Source of the DNA: a virus
Lineage: Duplodnaviria > Caudoviricetes
IMG/VR virus record: IMGVR_UViG_3300034025_000046
Span: 1 to 55,349 of that record
Direction: 5' to 3' (one strand)
DNA: 55,349 nucleotides
Shown: one piece after another, positions 45,380-54,415 of the stretch
Layout: every line of letters begins with the position of its first letter
Position numbering within the stretch: the stretch's first letter is position 1
Notes under the pieces: model-generated
Told to the model about the DNA's origin: nothing
Database searches by the model: none
What the model saw: only the letters and a program-made list of their open reading frames with translations
Made by a program: the position numbers and the translations under genes

Positions 45380-46351
45380 ATGTCCGTTGACCAGACCGGC
45401 GATGCTGTGCGCGCACACGATGGAGCGGGGGATCAACTCGAAGCGCTGAGCAACATGTTCTTGGACGAAGCCGAGTTCGTCCAGGGTGCTGTCACGGACG
45501 GGCTCGGGAACCCGCTTGAAGATGACGCTTGGATCACGTTTGAGGATGTCAGCATCACCTTGGAGGGGCCGAGCGCGCACGCGGTCGGTGAGTTCCTGAC
45601 GCTCGCGGGCAATCGGGCAAGGCAGGTCGCGCGTCAACGGGAGCAAGATCGAAATACTCGCGCCACGCCCGCCACCCCGGCCCCGAGTGACGCGGGTGAG
45701 GTCGAGCGGCTGGCGGAATTGAGCGCCAAGGCGACGTCCGGCGAGTGGCGTCTAGGCGACCTGGACAACCACGGCAACAGTCCGTCGGACACCTGGAAGG
45801 ATTACAGCGTCGAGGTTGGTGAAGGCTACGGACGCACCGTGCTTGATACCCTCAACAGCGACGTGGCGGAAATCAGCGAAGAGTTAGACGAGTTCGGTCG
45901 CTATGCCTGGAATGAGCAGGGCAAGCGCGACCTCTCCTTCATCATCGCCCTCGTCAACGCCTACCGCGCCGGTCTCCTGGTCCCACGCTCCACCCCGCCT
46001 GCCAGCCCGGTCGCGGAGGAGACTTGGCGGCCGATCGACGACAGCTACGTGCCGGAGGACCGCAAGTCCGTTCTCATCTCGTGGACGTCGCATGATCAGC
46101 GGACCGTCGTGGGCGAGGCCGAGTGGCGCCAGGGCGAAGGAGAGCACCGGCCTGCTGGCTGGTGGTGGTCGAACACCGACGAAGAATACGGCGACGTAAT
46201 CTTGCCCGCCCCGACCCACTGGCGTCCCCTGCCGTCCCCGCCTCGCGCCATCCAGCCTGACGGCGCAGAGATCTACGACGAAACGAAGGAACTGAATTAT
46301 CCGCGCCGTCGCCTGCGACCGAGGCTGACGAGGGGAGAGCGTGATGGATAA
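45380..46351 (+). CDS. Modular Ead/Ea22-like + DUF551-like accessory protein
   Basis: LAELSAKATSGEW...DLSFIIALVN (Ead-like); WRPID...PTHWRPLPSPP (DUF551-like). Confidence 0.7.
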   Translation: MSVDQTGDAVRAHDGAGDQLEALSNMFLDEAEFVQGAVTDGLGNPLEDDAWITFEDVSITLEGPSAHAVGEFLTLAGNRARQVARQREQDRNTRATPATPAPSDAGEVERLAELSAKATSGEWRLGDLDNHGNSPSDTWKDYSVEVGEGYGRTVLDTLNSDVAEISEELDEFGRYAWNEQGKRDLSFIIALVNAYRAGLLVPRSTPPASPVAEETWRPIDDSYVPEDRKSVLISWTSHDQRTVVGEAEWRQGEGEHRPAGWWWSNTDEEYGDVILPAPTHWRPLPSPPRAIQPDGAEIYDETKELNYPRRRLRPRLTRGERDG

Positions 46352-46619
46352 CGTTGGAACCCGTGCTTTCGCGGTCCTGCCAGATCTGCTGGGCGATCTG
46401 GTCGAGCCCCACCCGGATGGTCGAGCGTGGCGTAAGGCCTGCCCTGAGTGTGCCTATCGGGTGAACGACCCCCAAGGACTTGGGGCTGGTCCCAAGCCGG
46501 TAGAGGGGCATCACTTCTACTGCATCCACCGTCAGGACGAGGGATGTGATCGCATATGCGCCTGCTACGCCGCGATCATATCGACCCGTCTTCGCACCAC
46601 CCCCGGAGCATCATCATGA
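46341..46619 (+). CDS. Small Cys-rich hypothetical protein
   Basis: CPECAY...FYCIH...ICAC. Confidence 0.6.
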   Translation: MMDNVGTRAFAVLPDLLGDLVEPHPDGRAWRKACPECAYRVNDPQGLGAGPKPVEGHHFYCIHRQDEGCDRICACYAAIISTRLRTTPGASS

Positions 46620-47503
46620 CGACGAGCATGGACGAGAGCGCCGTGGAGGCGCTGGCCCAGAAGCGGGATGATCTGGCGGCAGACGTCGCGCAAGGAAGTC
46701 CAAGCGCGACCCGGAACGATCACGTCACCATACTTTATACGAACTGGAAGGGCCGCACGGCCGTGCGGCGGATCGTGCCGGCCCCGCCTCCCGACCTGCT
46801 GGGCGCGTGGTATCACGGCGCGTGCGAGCCTTGGCACCCCGAGCCCCAATGGCTGATGCGCGCTCTTGACGTCGACCTCGAGGAATACCGCGTGTTCGCG
46901 GTGTCGGGCGTGCGGGCCTGGGGCGTGGAGGCGGTCGACGCCGCCCTAACCGCAGCCCAGCCCGCACCGCCGGCCGCGAGCGAGGTGACAGAGGCGCTCC
47001 GCACCTTCTACGGCTATGGGCCTGGGCAATTCCCCGACCAGACCCCGCCCGCCCTGCTAACGTGGGGCGTCGCGGTGGGCAGATTGCGGGCCGCCCTCGC
47101 CACGGCCACGCGCGGCGGCCAGGGGGTGGGGGAGCGCGAGGCGCTGGAGTGGATCGCGCAGGACCGAGAGTTGTCCGTGGCCCAACTTCAGGATGTAGCG
47201 AGACGGGCACTCCCGCGCGCATCCTCCACCCTCGAACAGGGTAACGGGAGCCCGCGTGTTGCGGCGGTCGATACGGGGGAGCTGCGGGACGAGATGATCT
47301 CCGCTGCCTCTGCCGCAATCTGGAACGGCTACTTGTACGACGTGGACTCGATCGAGTTCGCAACGGCGCCGGCAGGGAACAAGCACCGGGCGGCAAACCT
47401 TTCCGACGCTGACCTTCTTGCCGCGTTGGCCGTGGACGCCGCCCTCGCCACCGTGCCCGGCCCCGTCGCATCGGGTGAGACGCCCGCCCCGGAGGGACGC
47501 TGA
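46616..47503 (+). CDS. Modular protein with WYL-like domain
   Basis: ILYTNWKGRTAVRRIVP...WHPEPQWLMRALDVDLEEYRVFAVSGV. Confidence 0.7.
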   Translation: MTTSMDESAVEALAQKRDDLAADVAQGSPSATRNDHVTILYTNWKGRTAVRRIVPAPPPDLLGAWYHGACEPWHPEPQWLMRALDVDLEEYRVFAVSGVRAWGVEAVDAALTAAQPAPPAASEVTEALRTFYGYGPGQFPDQTPPALLTWGVAVGRLRAALATATRGGQGVGEREALEWIAQDRELSVAQLQDVARRALPRASSTLEQGNGSPRVAAVDTGELRDEMISAASAAIWNGYLYDVDSIEFATAPAGNKHRAANLSDADLLAALAVDAALATVPGPVASGETPAPEGR

Positions 47504-47504
47504 C

Positions 47505-47744
47505 ATGGCGAAGCTGATTGAGTTCGGCTGGGGCGCCCCTTCCTTCGCGCAACAGCTTCCGGACCTACCCCCAAAAGATGCTGAGGCATTCGACGCCGAC
47601 AACGCCGCAATCATTCGGTTGTCGGTTCGTGGCGCGCTGACCGAGAGCCAGCGGGACAGCGCCATCCGCAAGGTGACGCGAGCGGTTGAGAGGGTGCTGG
47701 CCGGTCGCGCCGCTCTGGCCTCGGGTGAGGAGCAGGGACGATGA
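47505..47744 (+). CDS. Hypothetical protein
   Basis: RBS GGAGG; ATGA coupling. Confidence 0.6.
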   Translation: MAKLIEFGWGAPSFAQQLPDLPPKDAEAFDADNAAIIRLSVRGALTESQRDSAIRKVTRAVERVLAGRAALASGEEQGR

Positions 47745-49411
47745 GCGCGCGCTATCCGATTCCTGACGCCGCGCTGGACGATCGCCTCGCCTTCGTGGGT
47801 ACGTCCGGGTCCGGCAAGACCTACGCTGCAGGAACCGCCGTCGAACGGCTGATGCAGCGCAAGGCCCGGGTCGTCATCGTCGATCCACTCGGGGTCTGGT
47901 GGGGCCTGCGCCTTGCCAGTGACGGCAAAGGGGCCGGTTTCCCGGTCGTGATCTTCGGAGGCGAGCACGGCGACCTCGCGCTCACGGAGCATGCGGGCAA
48001 GGTGATCGGGGAGACCGTTGCCGGCATGGCCGAGAGCTGCATCGTGTCGCTCGACGGGCTCGGGTCCAAGGCCGCAGAGCGCCGGTTCATGCTCGCCTTC
48101 CTGGAGGCGATGTACCGCAAGGCGAGCGGTGAGCCCTTCCACCTGGTCTTTGACGAGGCCGATCTCTGGGCACCGCAGAAATCGAGCGAGCCGCACCTCC
48201 AGAATCTCATGGAGAATATCGTCCGGCGCGGGCGCGTGAAAGGGTTCGTGCCCTGGCTCATCACACAGCGGCCGGCCGTCCTGTCGAAGGACGTCCTGTC
48301 CCAAGCGGATGGCCTCGTGGCGATGAAGCTGACCTCCTCGCAAGACCGCGACGCGCTCGGGGGTTGGATCGAAGGTCAAGCCGACCGCGCGGAGGAGAAG
48401 CGCATCTTGGCGCGGTTGCCGCAGCTCGAGACCGGACAAGGCATCGTCTGGATCCCAGGCCGCGGCGCACTGGACGAGGCTCGCTTCCCGGCCAAGGCGA
48501 CCTTCGACTCCTCACGGACCCCGCGGCGGGGTGAGAAGAAGCGAGCGGCGACGTTGGAGCCGATCGATCTCGGTGCGCTGAAGGAGCGGCTTGGGAAGGT
48601 CGAGGCCGAGACGAAGGCGAACGACCCAAAGGTGCTCAAGGCACGCATCGCGGATCTGGAGCGCGCGGCGGCGCGGACGATCCCGGCTGCGCCGGACCCG
48701 GCGGCGGTCGCCTCTGCCGAGAGGAGCGGATACGAGCGCGGCTTCCGTGAAGGGCACGAGAGCGGTTGGAGCTCGGCGAGCGCAGCCATCGCGGAAGCCC
48801 TGCGGCGTCCGCCCGCCGGCTTGGTACCAGCGCCGGACCAGCCGAAGCATCGACCGGCCCCCGTGCCGACACCCGCCGCCGTGTCGCCCGCCCCGACGCC
48901 GCCGCTTCCCGCGCCCGGCGATGCCGCCGTATCTCCGGCCAAGCGCCGCGTGCTGGACGTGCTCGCATGGTTCCGCGCTCTCGGCGTGCCGGAGGTCGAG
49001 CGCAATCGGGTCGCAGTCATGTGCGGACTCTCGCCTAAGGCTTCGACCTTCGGCGTCTATGCGTCGGACCTCATGCGCCAGGGTCTCGTCGAGGCGGCCG
49101 GGCCGGGAATGATCCGCGGCACGCCGGCGGGCCTTGCGCTCGCCCAGAACCTGCCCGACAGCGCGACAACGATCGTCGCCGAGGTCAGGAAGCAGCTCAA
49201 GCCCGCGGCCACGAAGCTCTTCGACATCATCGTGGCTGCGGCGCCCGACGCCGTCACGCGGGGGAGGCTGGCAGACGAGATGGGCCTTTCTCGCACCGCC
49301 TCGACTCTGGGCGTCTACCTCAGCGAGCTCTCCTCGCGCGGGTTCGTCGAGAACGCCGGACCGGGTCTGGTGAAAGCCGCGGATTGGCTGTTTCTGGAGC
49401 CCGCCCGATGA
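47741..49411 (+). CDS. HerA/FtsK-like P-loop ATPase with C-terminal tandem wHTH
   Basis: GTSGSGKT, IVDPLG, VFDEAD, RRGRVKG, ITQRPA; two C-terminal wHTH-like repeats. Confidence 0.82.
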   Translation: MSARYPIPDAALDDRLAFVGTSGSGKTYAAGTAVERLMQRKARVVIVDPLGVWWGLRLASDGKGAGFPVVIFGGEHGDLALTEHAGKVIGETVAGMAESCIVSLDGLGSKAAERRFMLAFLEAMYRKASGEPFHLVFDEADLWAPQKSSEPHLQNLMENIVRRGRVKGFVPWLITQRPAVLSKDVLSQADGLVAMKLTSSQDRDALGGWIEGQADRAEEKRILARLPQLETGQGIVWIPGRGALDEARFPAKATFDSSRTPRRGEKKRAATLEPIDLGALKERLGKVEAETKANDPKVLKARIADLERAAARTIPAAPDPAAVASAERSGYERGFREGHESGWSSASAAIAEALRRPPAGLVPAPDQPKHRPAPVPTPAAVSPAPTPPLPAPGDAAVSPAKRRVLDVLAWFRALGVPEVERNRVAVMCGLSPKASTFGVYASDLMRQGLVEAAGPGMIRGTPAGLALAQNLPDSATTIVAEVRKQLKPAATKLFDIIVAAAPDAVTRGRLADEMGLSRTASTLGVYLSELSSRGFVENAGPGLVKAADWLFLEPAR

Positions 49412-49818
49412 TCCGCCCCGACAGCCAAGCGGAGCGGGAGGCGGTCGTGTGGGCCGACCTACTGAGCGAGGTCCACAAGATCCCGGCCGACTTCCCGAAT
49501 TACGGTTCCTATCCGTTGAACCTGCCAGCCGGCCATTGGCGTGAGCTGGTCTCCTTCAGTTCTCGCCTCCCGTCCGAGGACGAGATCGCGTGGGCCGTGT
49601 TCCGCCAATCATTCGCGCCGGACGAGGATGAGGCCGTCCTTGAACATTTCTGGGCCATCAATTGGAGAGACGGCCGGACAAAGGCCGTCGCCATCGCCCG
49701 CGCCGTCATCGCCATGTTCACGTCAGCCCGGGAGGCCGGGGGCGATTGTACCAAACCGCCCGAAACGACAATACCGGCCGCCGGGGTTGTAACGGGTGAC
49801 AATGGACGGGAGGAGTGA
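49408..49818 (+). CDS. Hypothetical protein
   Basis: ATGA coupling. Confidence 0.55.
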   Translation: MIRPDSQAEREAVVWADLLSEVHKIPADFPNYGSYPLNLPAGHWRELVSFSSRLPSEDEIAWAVFRQSFAPDEDEAVLEHFWAINWRDGRTKAVAIARAVIAMFTSAREAGGDCTKPPETTIPAAGVVTGDNGREE

Positions 49819-49819
49819 C

Positions 49820-50272
49820 GTGGGACGGATCGCCCGCATTCCCGTTGACCGCACGAGCGTGGAACCCGACACGCCGCTCCGCCTCGAAGTGGCGGCAGCG
49901 CTCGCCTTCCCTGACGGCAGCATGACCGTGAGCGGGCTGCGACGCGAGGCTAGCAAGGGACGCCTTGCGATCGAGGCCATCGCCGGGAAACACTACACGA
50001 CCCTGTCCGCTATCACCGAAATGAGAGCCTTATGCCGCGCCGATCAGAAGGCCCGCGTCTCAAGCTCGAAAAACCCGAACGCGACACGTCCGGTCGCCTC
50101 GTCCGACATGCAACCTGGGTTATCCGAGATCGAGGCCGGAAAACTCGCACAGGATGCCGCGAGGATGAGATTGCGCGGGCAGAGCGGTGCCTTGCCGGGT
50201 ACATTGCGGCGAAATACCAGCCGGCCCGCGAGCGCGATCGTCATGCCTCTGAGGTCTTCGTCGGAGACGTGA
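49820..50272 (+). CDS. xis: Excisionase-like protein overlapping the integrase
   Basis: PLRLEVAAALAFPDGSMTVSGLRREASKGRLAIEAIAGKHYTTLSAITEMRALC; RBS GGAGGAG. Confidence 0.72.
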   Translation: MGRIARIPVDRTSVEPDTPLRLEVAAALAFPDGSMTVSGLRREASKGRLAIEAIAGKHYTTLSAITEMRALCRADQKARVSSSKNPNATRPVASSDMQPGLSEIEAGKLAQDAARMRLRGQSGALPGTLRRNTSRPASAIVMPLRSSSET

Positions 50273-51186
50273 TCGTGGTCTATCAGGAGGACGTTGCTGA
50301 AAAGCACGCTCGTCCCAATGAGGCCCGCGCAAGGCTCGATCGGCTGAACGAGCACTTCGGCGCGATGCGACTGTCCGCCATCAACGACCAAGCATGCCGG
50401 AAATATGCGGAAAGCCGCAATTCAGGAGCGGCGCGGCGTGAGCTGGAGGATCTGCGGGCGGCGGTTCGCCACTACCACCGCCAGGGCTTCGTCAACGTGG
50501 CGGTGCCCGTGACCCTACCCGACCGCGGGCAGTCACGGGAGCGGTGGCTGACACGGTCGGAAGCTGCTCGCCTGCTATGGGCAGCTTGGCGGATGACTCA
50601 GTCGTGGAAGGGGCAAGAGAGCGACCGGCGAACCGGTCAGCACCTAGCCCGGTTCATCCTGGTTGCGCTCTACACGGGAACAAGGGCCGGCCCTGTCGCC
50701 AGCGCTGCAATTCGGCCAACGGTAGGTAAGCCTTACATCGATCTTGAGGCCGGACTTTTCTACCGCAAACCGCCGGGTGCTCGGCAGACGAAGAAGCGTC
50801 AGCCTCCTGTCCCTCTGCCGGACCGGCTCGTCGCTCACCTCACTCGGTGGGAGCGCAAGGGCCTATCCAAAGCCTTCGTCGTGGAGTGGAATGAGCAGCC
50901 GGTGAAGCGCATCCACAAGGCTTTCCGTGCCGCGCGCGTCAAGGCCGGGCTGGGAGACGATGTGATCCCGCACACCCTGCGGCATACGGCTGCCACATGG
51001 TTGATGCAGAACGGCTGCGACATGTGGGACGCCGCCGGCTATCTTGGGATGAGCGTCGAGACGCTAGAGCGTGTCTACGGGCACCACCACCCGCATCACC
51101 TCGACGGGGCGCGACGGGCAATTACGGCGGGACAGAAACGGGACCGTAACGCCAGAACCAAAACGGAACAGAGGGCTGCGGAATGA
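50032..51186 (+). CDS. int: Tyrosine recombinase (phage integrase)
   Basis: LYTGTR, HTLRHTAATW, YLGMS, VYGHH. Confidence 0.93.
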   Translation: MPRRSEGPRLKLEKPERDTSGRLVRHATWVIRDRGRKTRTGCREDEIARAERCLAGYIAAKYQPARERDRHASEVFVGDVIVVYQEDVAEKHARPNEARARLDRLNEHFGAMRLSAINDQACRKYAESRNSGAARRELEDLRAAVRHYHRQGFVNVAVPVTLPDRGQSRERWLTRSEAARLLWAAWRMTQSWKGQESDRRTGQHLARFILVALYTGTRAGPVASAAIRPTVGKPYIDLEAGLFYRKPPGARQTKKRQPPVPLPDRLVAHLTRWERKGLSKAFVVEWNEQPVKRIHKAFRAARVKAGLGDDVIPHTLRHTAATWLMQNGCDMWDAAGYLGMSVETLERVYGHHHPHHLDGARRAITAGQKRDRNARTKTEQRAAE

Positions 51187-51229
51187 GATCGTCTTCGAGA
51201 GAGATTGCCGCGTTTCGTCGCCGGGCCGC

Positions 51230-51276
51230 CGTTCGGGACGTGGGGGTCGCAGGTTCAAATCCTGCCACTCCGACCA
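51230..51276 (+). other. attP core: 3' half of tRNA-Pro(CGG)
   Basis: CGTTCGGGACGTGGGGGTCGCAGGTTCAAATCCTGCCACTCCGACCA just after int; no 5' half; CGGGAC arm-like repeats at ~51128-51146 and ~51282-51310. Confidence 0.85.
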
Positions 51277-51469
51277 GTTTTCCGGGTCTACCGGGACCAG
51301 TACCGGGACGACAACCACGCTACCCCAGCATCACTGTCGGGTTCAGCGACGGCGTGACGTGGACCGTAACTGGACGCCGCGCGGTCGAGATCGCAGCATC
51401 GTTCGGACGTCAGCCTAGCCGTCGTCCCCTCCCCCTTGCCCTGAACGGGGTCGGATCGGGAGGCGAGCG

Positions 51470-51802
51470 ATGAACTGCCCATGGGCGGACGACTTCGCTG
51501 CGGCGGGGTACAAACCATATCACGACTTCATCAAAGGCCGTCCGGAGGATCGTTTCTACAAAGGAAGCTGGCAGCGTCGTATCATCGACGATCGTGGTAC
51601 GCGCTACTTCATCAACGTCAATCTTTACGAGTTCGACGGGACGCGGGCGGCCTCAGCAGAGGTCCAGTTTCATACGCTGGACGATAGGGAGGGCGACGCC
51701 ATCAACATTGACCGTCGCGTGAACGCGATCCCTGAGATTGAGGCATTCTTCGCTGAGGTGTGGGAGAAGCTCGGCTGCGGCTACTACGAGGTAGACCCAT
51801 GA
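51470..51802 (+). CDS. Hypothetical protein
   Basis: RBS GGAGG; coupled to the next gene. Confidence 0.65.
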   Translation: MNCPWADDFAAAGYKPYHDFIKGRPEDRFYKGSWQRRIIDDRGTRYFINVNLYEFDGTRAASAEVQFHTLDDREGDAINIDRRVNAIPEIEAFFAEVWEKLGCGYYEVDP

Positions 51803-52191
51803 CAGGCCTCCGCGTGCTCGTCTGCGGCGGCCGGGACATGGCAGGGCGCGCCGCCTTCGACGCCCTGTGCCGGACGCTGGACGACCTTCAACGCCAGCAT
51901 GGCCCGCTCACGATCATTGAGGGCGGAGCGCCAGGAGCCGATGCAGTTGCGGCAACGTGGGCTCGTGCCTGCGCTTTGGGCGCGCATGAGACCTACCGGC
52001 CCGATTGGCGAAAGCACGGGCGTGCCGCCGGACCGGTCCGCAACGCGACCATGCTCGCGGAGGGGAAGCCGGACCTTGTCGTGGCGGCTCCTGGCGGTCG
52101 GGGGACGGCCGACATGGTGCGTCGCGCCAGAGATGCGGGGATCGAGGTGGTTGAGGTCGCAGCCCACCACGCGATGGAGGGCGGGACGTGA
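51799..52191 (+). CDS. YspA/DUF2493 SLOG-family protein
   Basis: VLVCGGRD...[10 protein letters not shown]...[18 protein letters not shown]...PGGRGTADM. Confidence 0.88.
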   Translation: MTGLRVLVCGGRDMAGRAAFDALCRTLDDLQRQHGPLTIIEGGAPGADAVAATWARACALGAHETYRPDWRKHGRAAGPVRNATMLAEGKPDLVVAAPGGRGTADMVRRARDAGIEVVEVAAHHAMEGGT

Positions 52192-52424
52192 GCGAGCGCG
52201 CCGTCCACTACGTTGGGTTCCGTGACGACCGCTACTGGTCCGCGTTCCGCATCTTCGGTGGACCTCGCGTCATCCACCGGACCTGGGACAAGCGTGCCCG
52301 GCGCGAGCGCTTTTCAATCGGTCACAGCTTGGCGCATCGCAAAATGCCCGCTGCGCCAGCGCGACCACGTCACTCAATATACGCGCAACTAGCTCAATAC
52401 GCGCGCCACCGCTGCGCTTCCTAA
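52188..52424 (+). CDS. Hypothetical protein, possibly truncated at the 3' end
   Basis: [30 protein letters not shown], then an abrupt compositional change. Confidence 0.45.
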   Translation: MSERAVHYVGFRDDRYWSAFRIFGGPRVIHRTWDKRARRERFSIGHSLAHRKMPAAPARPRHSIYAQLAQYARHRCAS

Positions 52425-52569
52425 AATACGAGAAGCCCTAACGCCCACGGGGTCCTAACCATGCCCACGAATAGCACCACCGTCCCCGAGACGGACGCGC
52501 ATCCGCAAGCACTCTACCCTCGACATGGCGCGTCCGTCCTCCCTCAGACCCCGAACCAGGAGATGGACC

Positions 52570-52761
52570 ATGGCGACCGGTGAGATCACCTTGGAAGAGA
52601 TCGACCGAGCGGCTCGTTATCTGCGCGAGACGCAGCAAGCCGGCAAGAAGCTTACCCCGTGGGTGACGACGCCGAACGCCAGCAAGAAGAAGTGGCTCGT
52701 CCTGGCCGAAGGGACGCTCCGCGCCGCCCTCGCCAGCCCCACGGAGAGGGACGGACGATGA
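52570..52761 (+). CDS. Hypothetical protein
   Basis: RBS AGGAG; ATGA coupling. Confidence 0.6.
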   Translation: MATGEITLEEIDRAARYLRETQQAGKKLTPWVTTPNASKKKWLVLAEGTLRAALASPTERDGR

Positions 52762-52979
52762 GTGACGCTGAATTTGAAGCGCTAGTCTGCGAGCGCGACG
52801 CTGCGGCGGCACTCTTGCAGACCTACGAAATGTCTAACGTGCCAAGGGACCCCGACGAACAGCGTCGGCTCTCGATCCGGCGCGAGCACATCATCACGCG
52901 CCACGTGGTGGCAGAGGCAAAGATCGCCGCGTACCGAAAGCGTCAGGTCGAGATCGCACTATCTGAGTGTGCTTTCTGA
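52758..52979 (+). CDS. Hypothetical protein
   Basis: ATGA coupling. Confidence 0.55.
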   Translation: MSDAEFEALVCERDAAAALLQTYEMSNVPRDPDEQRRLSIRREHIITRHVVAEAKIAAYRKRQVEIALSECAF

Positions 52980-52991
52980 GCATGGGGCCGG

Positions 52992-53579
52992 TTAGTGCCC
53001 AGGCGGCGGCGACGACATGCGGGCAGCTCCCGATCCCATCTCCATCTTGTCCAAGCGTCGATTGAGGTCGCTGAGTGCATCCCGAAGGGAATAGGTGTTC
53101 CCGAAGGCTTTGGCGTTGTCGTCCAGCTGCCGTTGGATGTTGGCCGTGTTCGCCGCAGCGTTCGCCCATCGTTGCTCGTGCTCCCCCCTGGGCACGATCA
53201 TGTTGCGGATCTCCTTGAACTCCGCAGAACTGTCCCTGGAGAGAGTCTGAGTTCCCTTTTCCAGTCGCTCGATGTCAGCCTTGATCGGTGCCGTCTGGAG
53301 GGTTGAATATCCCCCAGCCAGAACCAGGATGAACCCGGCTGCGGAGATCAGGGTCGGCCAAGGCGCTTTGTTCTGTTCTGCCTGTTGAGTAAAAAGCCCA
53401 TCGATCTTGGTGCTGAGAAGGGCGACGCTTGCCCCGGAGGCCATGCGGGATTCGATGTCCCGCGTGGACTGCCAGAGCCCTCGGATGTTTTCAGCGAGGT
53501 CATCGACCCTGACACCGAGCGCGCTTACCGTTGCGTCAGGGGTTGGGGCGTCGACGCCTCTCGTGCGAAGTGTGGGCAT
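52992..53579 (-). CDS. Single-TM coiled-coil protein in the lysis cassette
   Basis: PWPTLISAAGFILVLAGGY TM segment flanked by coiled coils. Confidence 0.65.
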   Translation of the reverse strand: MPTLRTRGVDAPTPDATVSALGVRVDDLAENIRGLWQSTRDIESRMASGASVALLSTKIDGLFTQQAEQNKAPWPTLISAAGFILVLAGGYSTLQTAPIKADIERLEKGTQTLSRDSSAEFKEIRNMIVPRGEHEQRWANAAANTANIQRQLDDNAKAFGNTYSLRDALSDLNRRLDKMEMGSGAARMSSPPPGH

Positions 53580-53603
53580 TCACTACGTCCCCCGTGGCGG
53601 AGA

Positions 53604-53909
53604 TCAGCCGTTCGGACCGACGACCTTTGGGCTTGGGATGGCGTTGGCCGTGGCGGCATCGGTCACCACTTTCTGCACGCCGGGCTGGTCAGCCACCGTG
53701 GCGATGATCGCCTTGCGGGACCGCGACTTCCATCCCTGATACATGGGCCATACGACTGCCACGAGGCCGGCCATGGCGGTGGCAACGGCGATGGTGCGAT
53801 CGACGATGATCGTCCAGTCCCCGGCGCTCATCAGGCCGAAGCCGGCGACAGCGCCCCCAAGCGCGATGAGCACGCCCCGGACGGCGCCCCAGAATTGCGG
53901 ATCGTTCAT
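53604..53909 (-). CDS. Holin-like two-TM protein
   Basis: Two TM segments and a basic C-terminal tail; in the lysis cassette. Confidence 0.65.
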   Translation of the reverse strand: MNDPQFWGAVRGVLIALGGAVAGFGLMSAGDWTIIVDRTIAVATAMAGLVAVVWPMYQGWKSRSRKAIIATVADQPGVQKVVTDAATANAIPSPKVVGPNG

Positions 53910-53918
53910 GTCTCTCTC

Positions 53919-54326
53919 CTACTTGGCAATGGTGCCGGTGATGGGAACAGGCTTGCCGTTGACCACGGCTGCGCCCTGGACGGGCGCGCCCTTGCGGGGG
54001 CGACGGGGCGGTAGCGGCGGCATGTCGGCCGTGTAGGCGGCACCTGCGGTCAGAGCCCGGCACGCCACGTCCGCGAGGCTGGACGCCGTGGCGAGCGCGC
54101 CATTGGATGCCGCGTACAGCTCGCGCAGGCTTTCAGCGGCCGGCAGAATAGCGCAGGCCACCTTGGCGTAGCTCTGAGCCTTCGTGATGGTGCTCGGGCT
54201 GACCTGTGCCCCAATGGCTCCGCCGGCCGCAGAGCCGATCGTTGAGCCGATGACGGTGCCCGTCGAGGAACATCCGGCCAATACCAAGGCGCACGACAGC
54301 GCACCCGCGAAAGCGAGTTTAGCCAT
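53919..54326 (-). CDS. Lipoprotein (possible spanin component)
   Basis: Lipobox LAGC; additional Cys residues; Pro-rich C-terminus; TAG stop. Confidence 0.7.
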   Translation of the reverse strand: MAKLAFAGALSCALVLAGCSSTGTVIGSTIGSAAGGAIGAQVSPSTITKAQSYAKVACAILPAAESLRELYAASNGALATASSLADVACRALTAGAAYTADMPPLPPRRPRKGAPVQGAAVVNGKPVPITGTIAK

Positions 54327-54415
54327 GTATGGGGTCTTTCAGGTGTAAATGAGGGGAGCCTGGAAGCCGCCGGGTGCGGTTCGAACTCGAAAACGGCTTT
54401 CGAGTTGTTGCGAGT

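Noticed and set aside
51205-51276. Complete tRNA-Pro gene
   Set aside because: The 5' acceptor strand and D-arm are missing; this is the attP core
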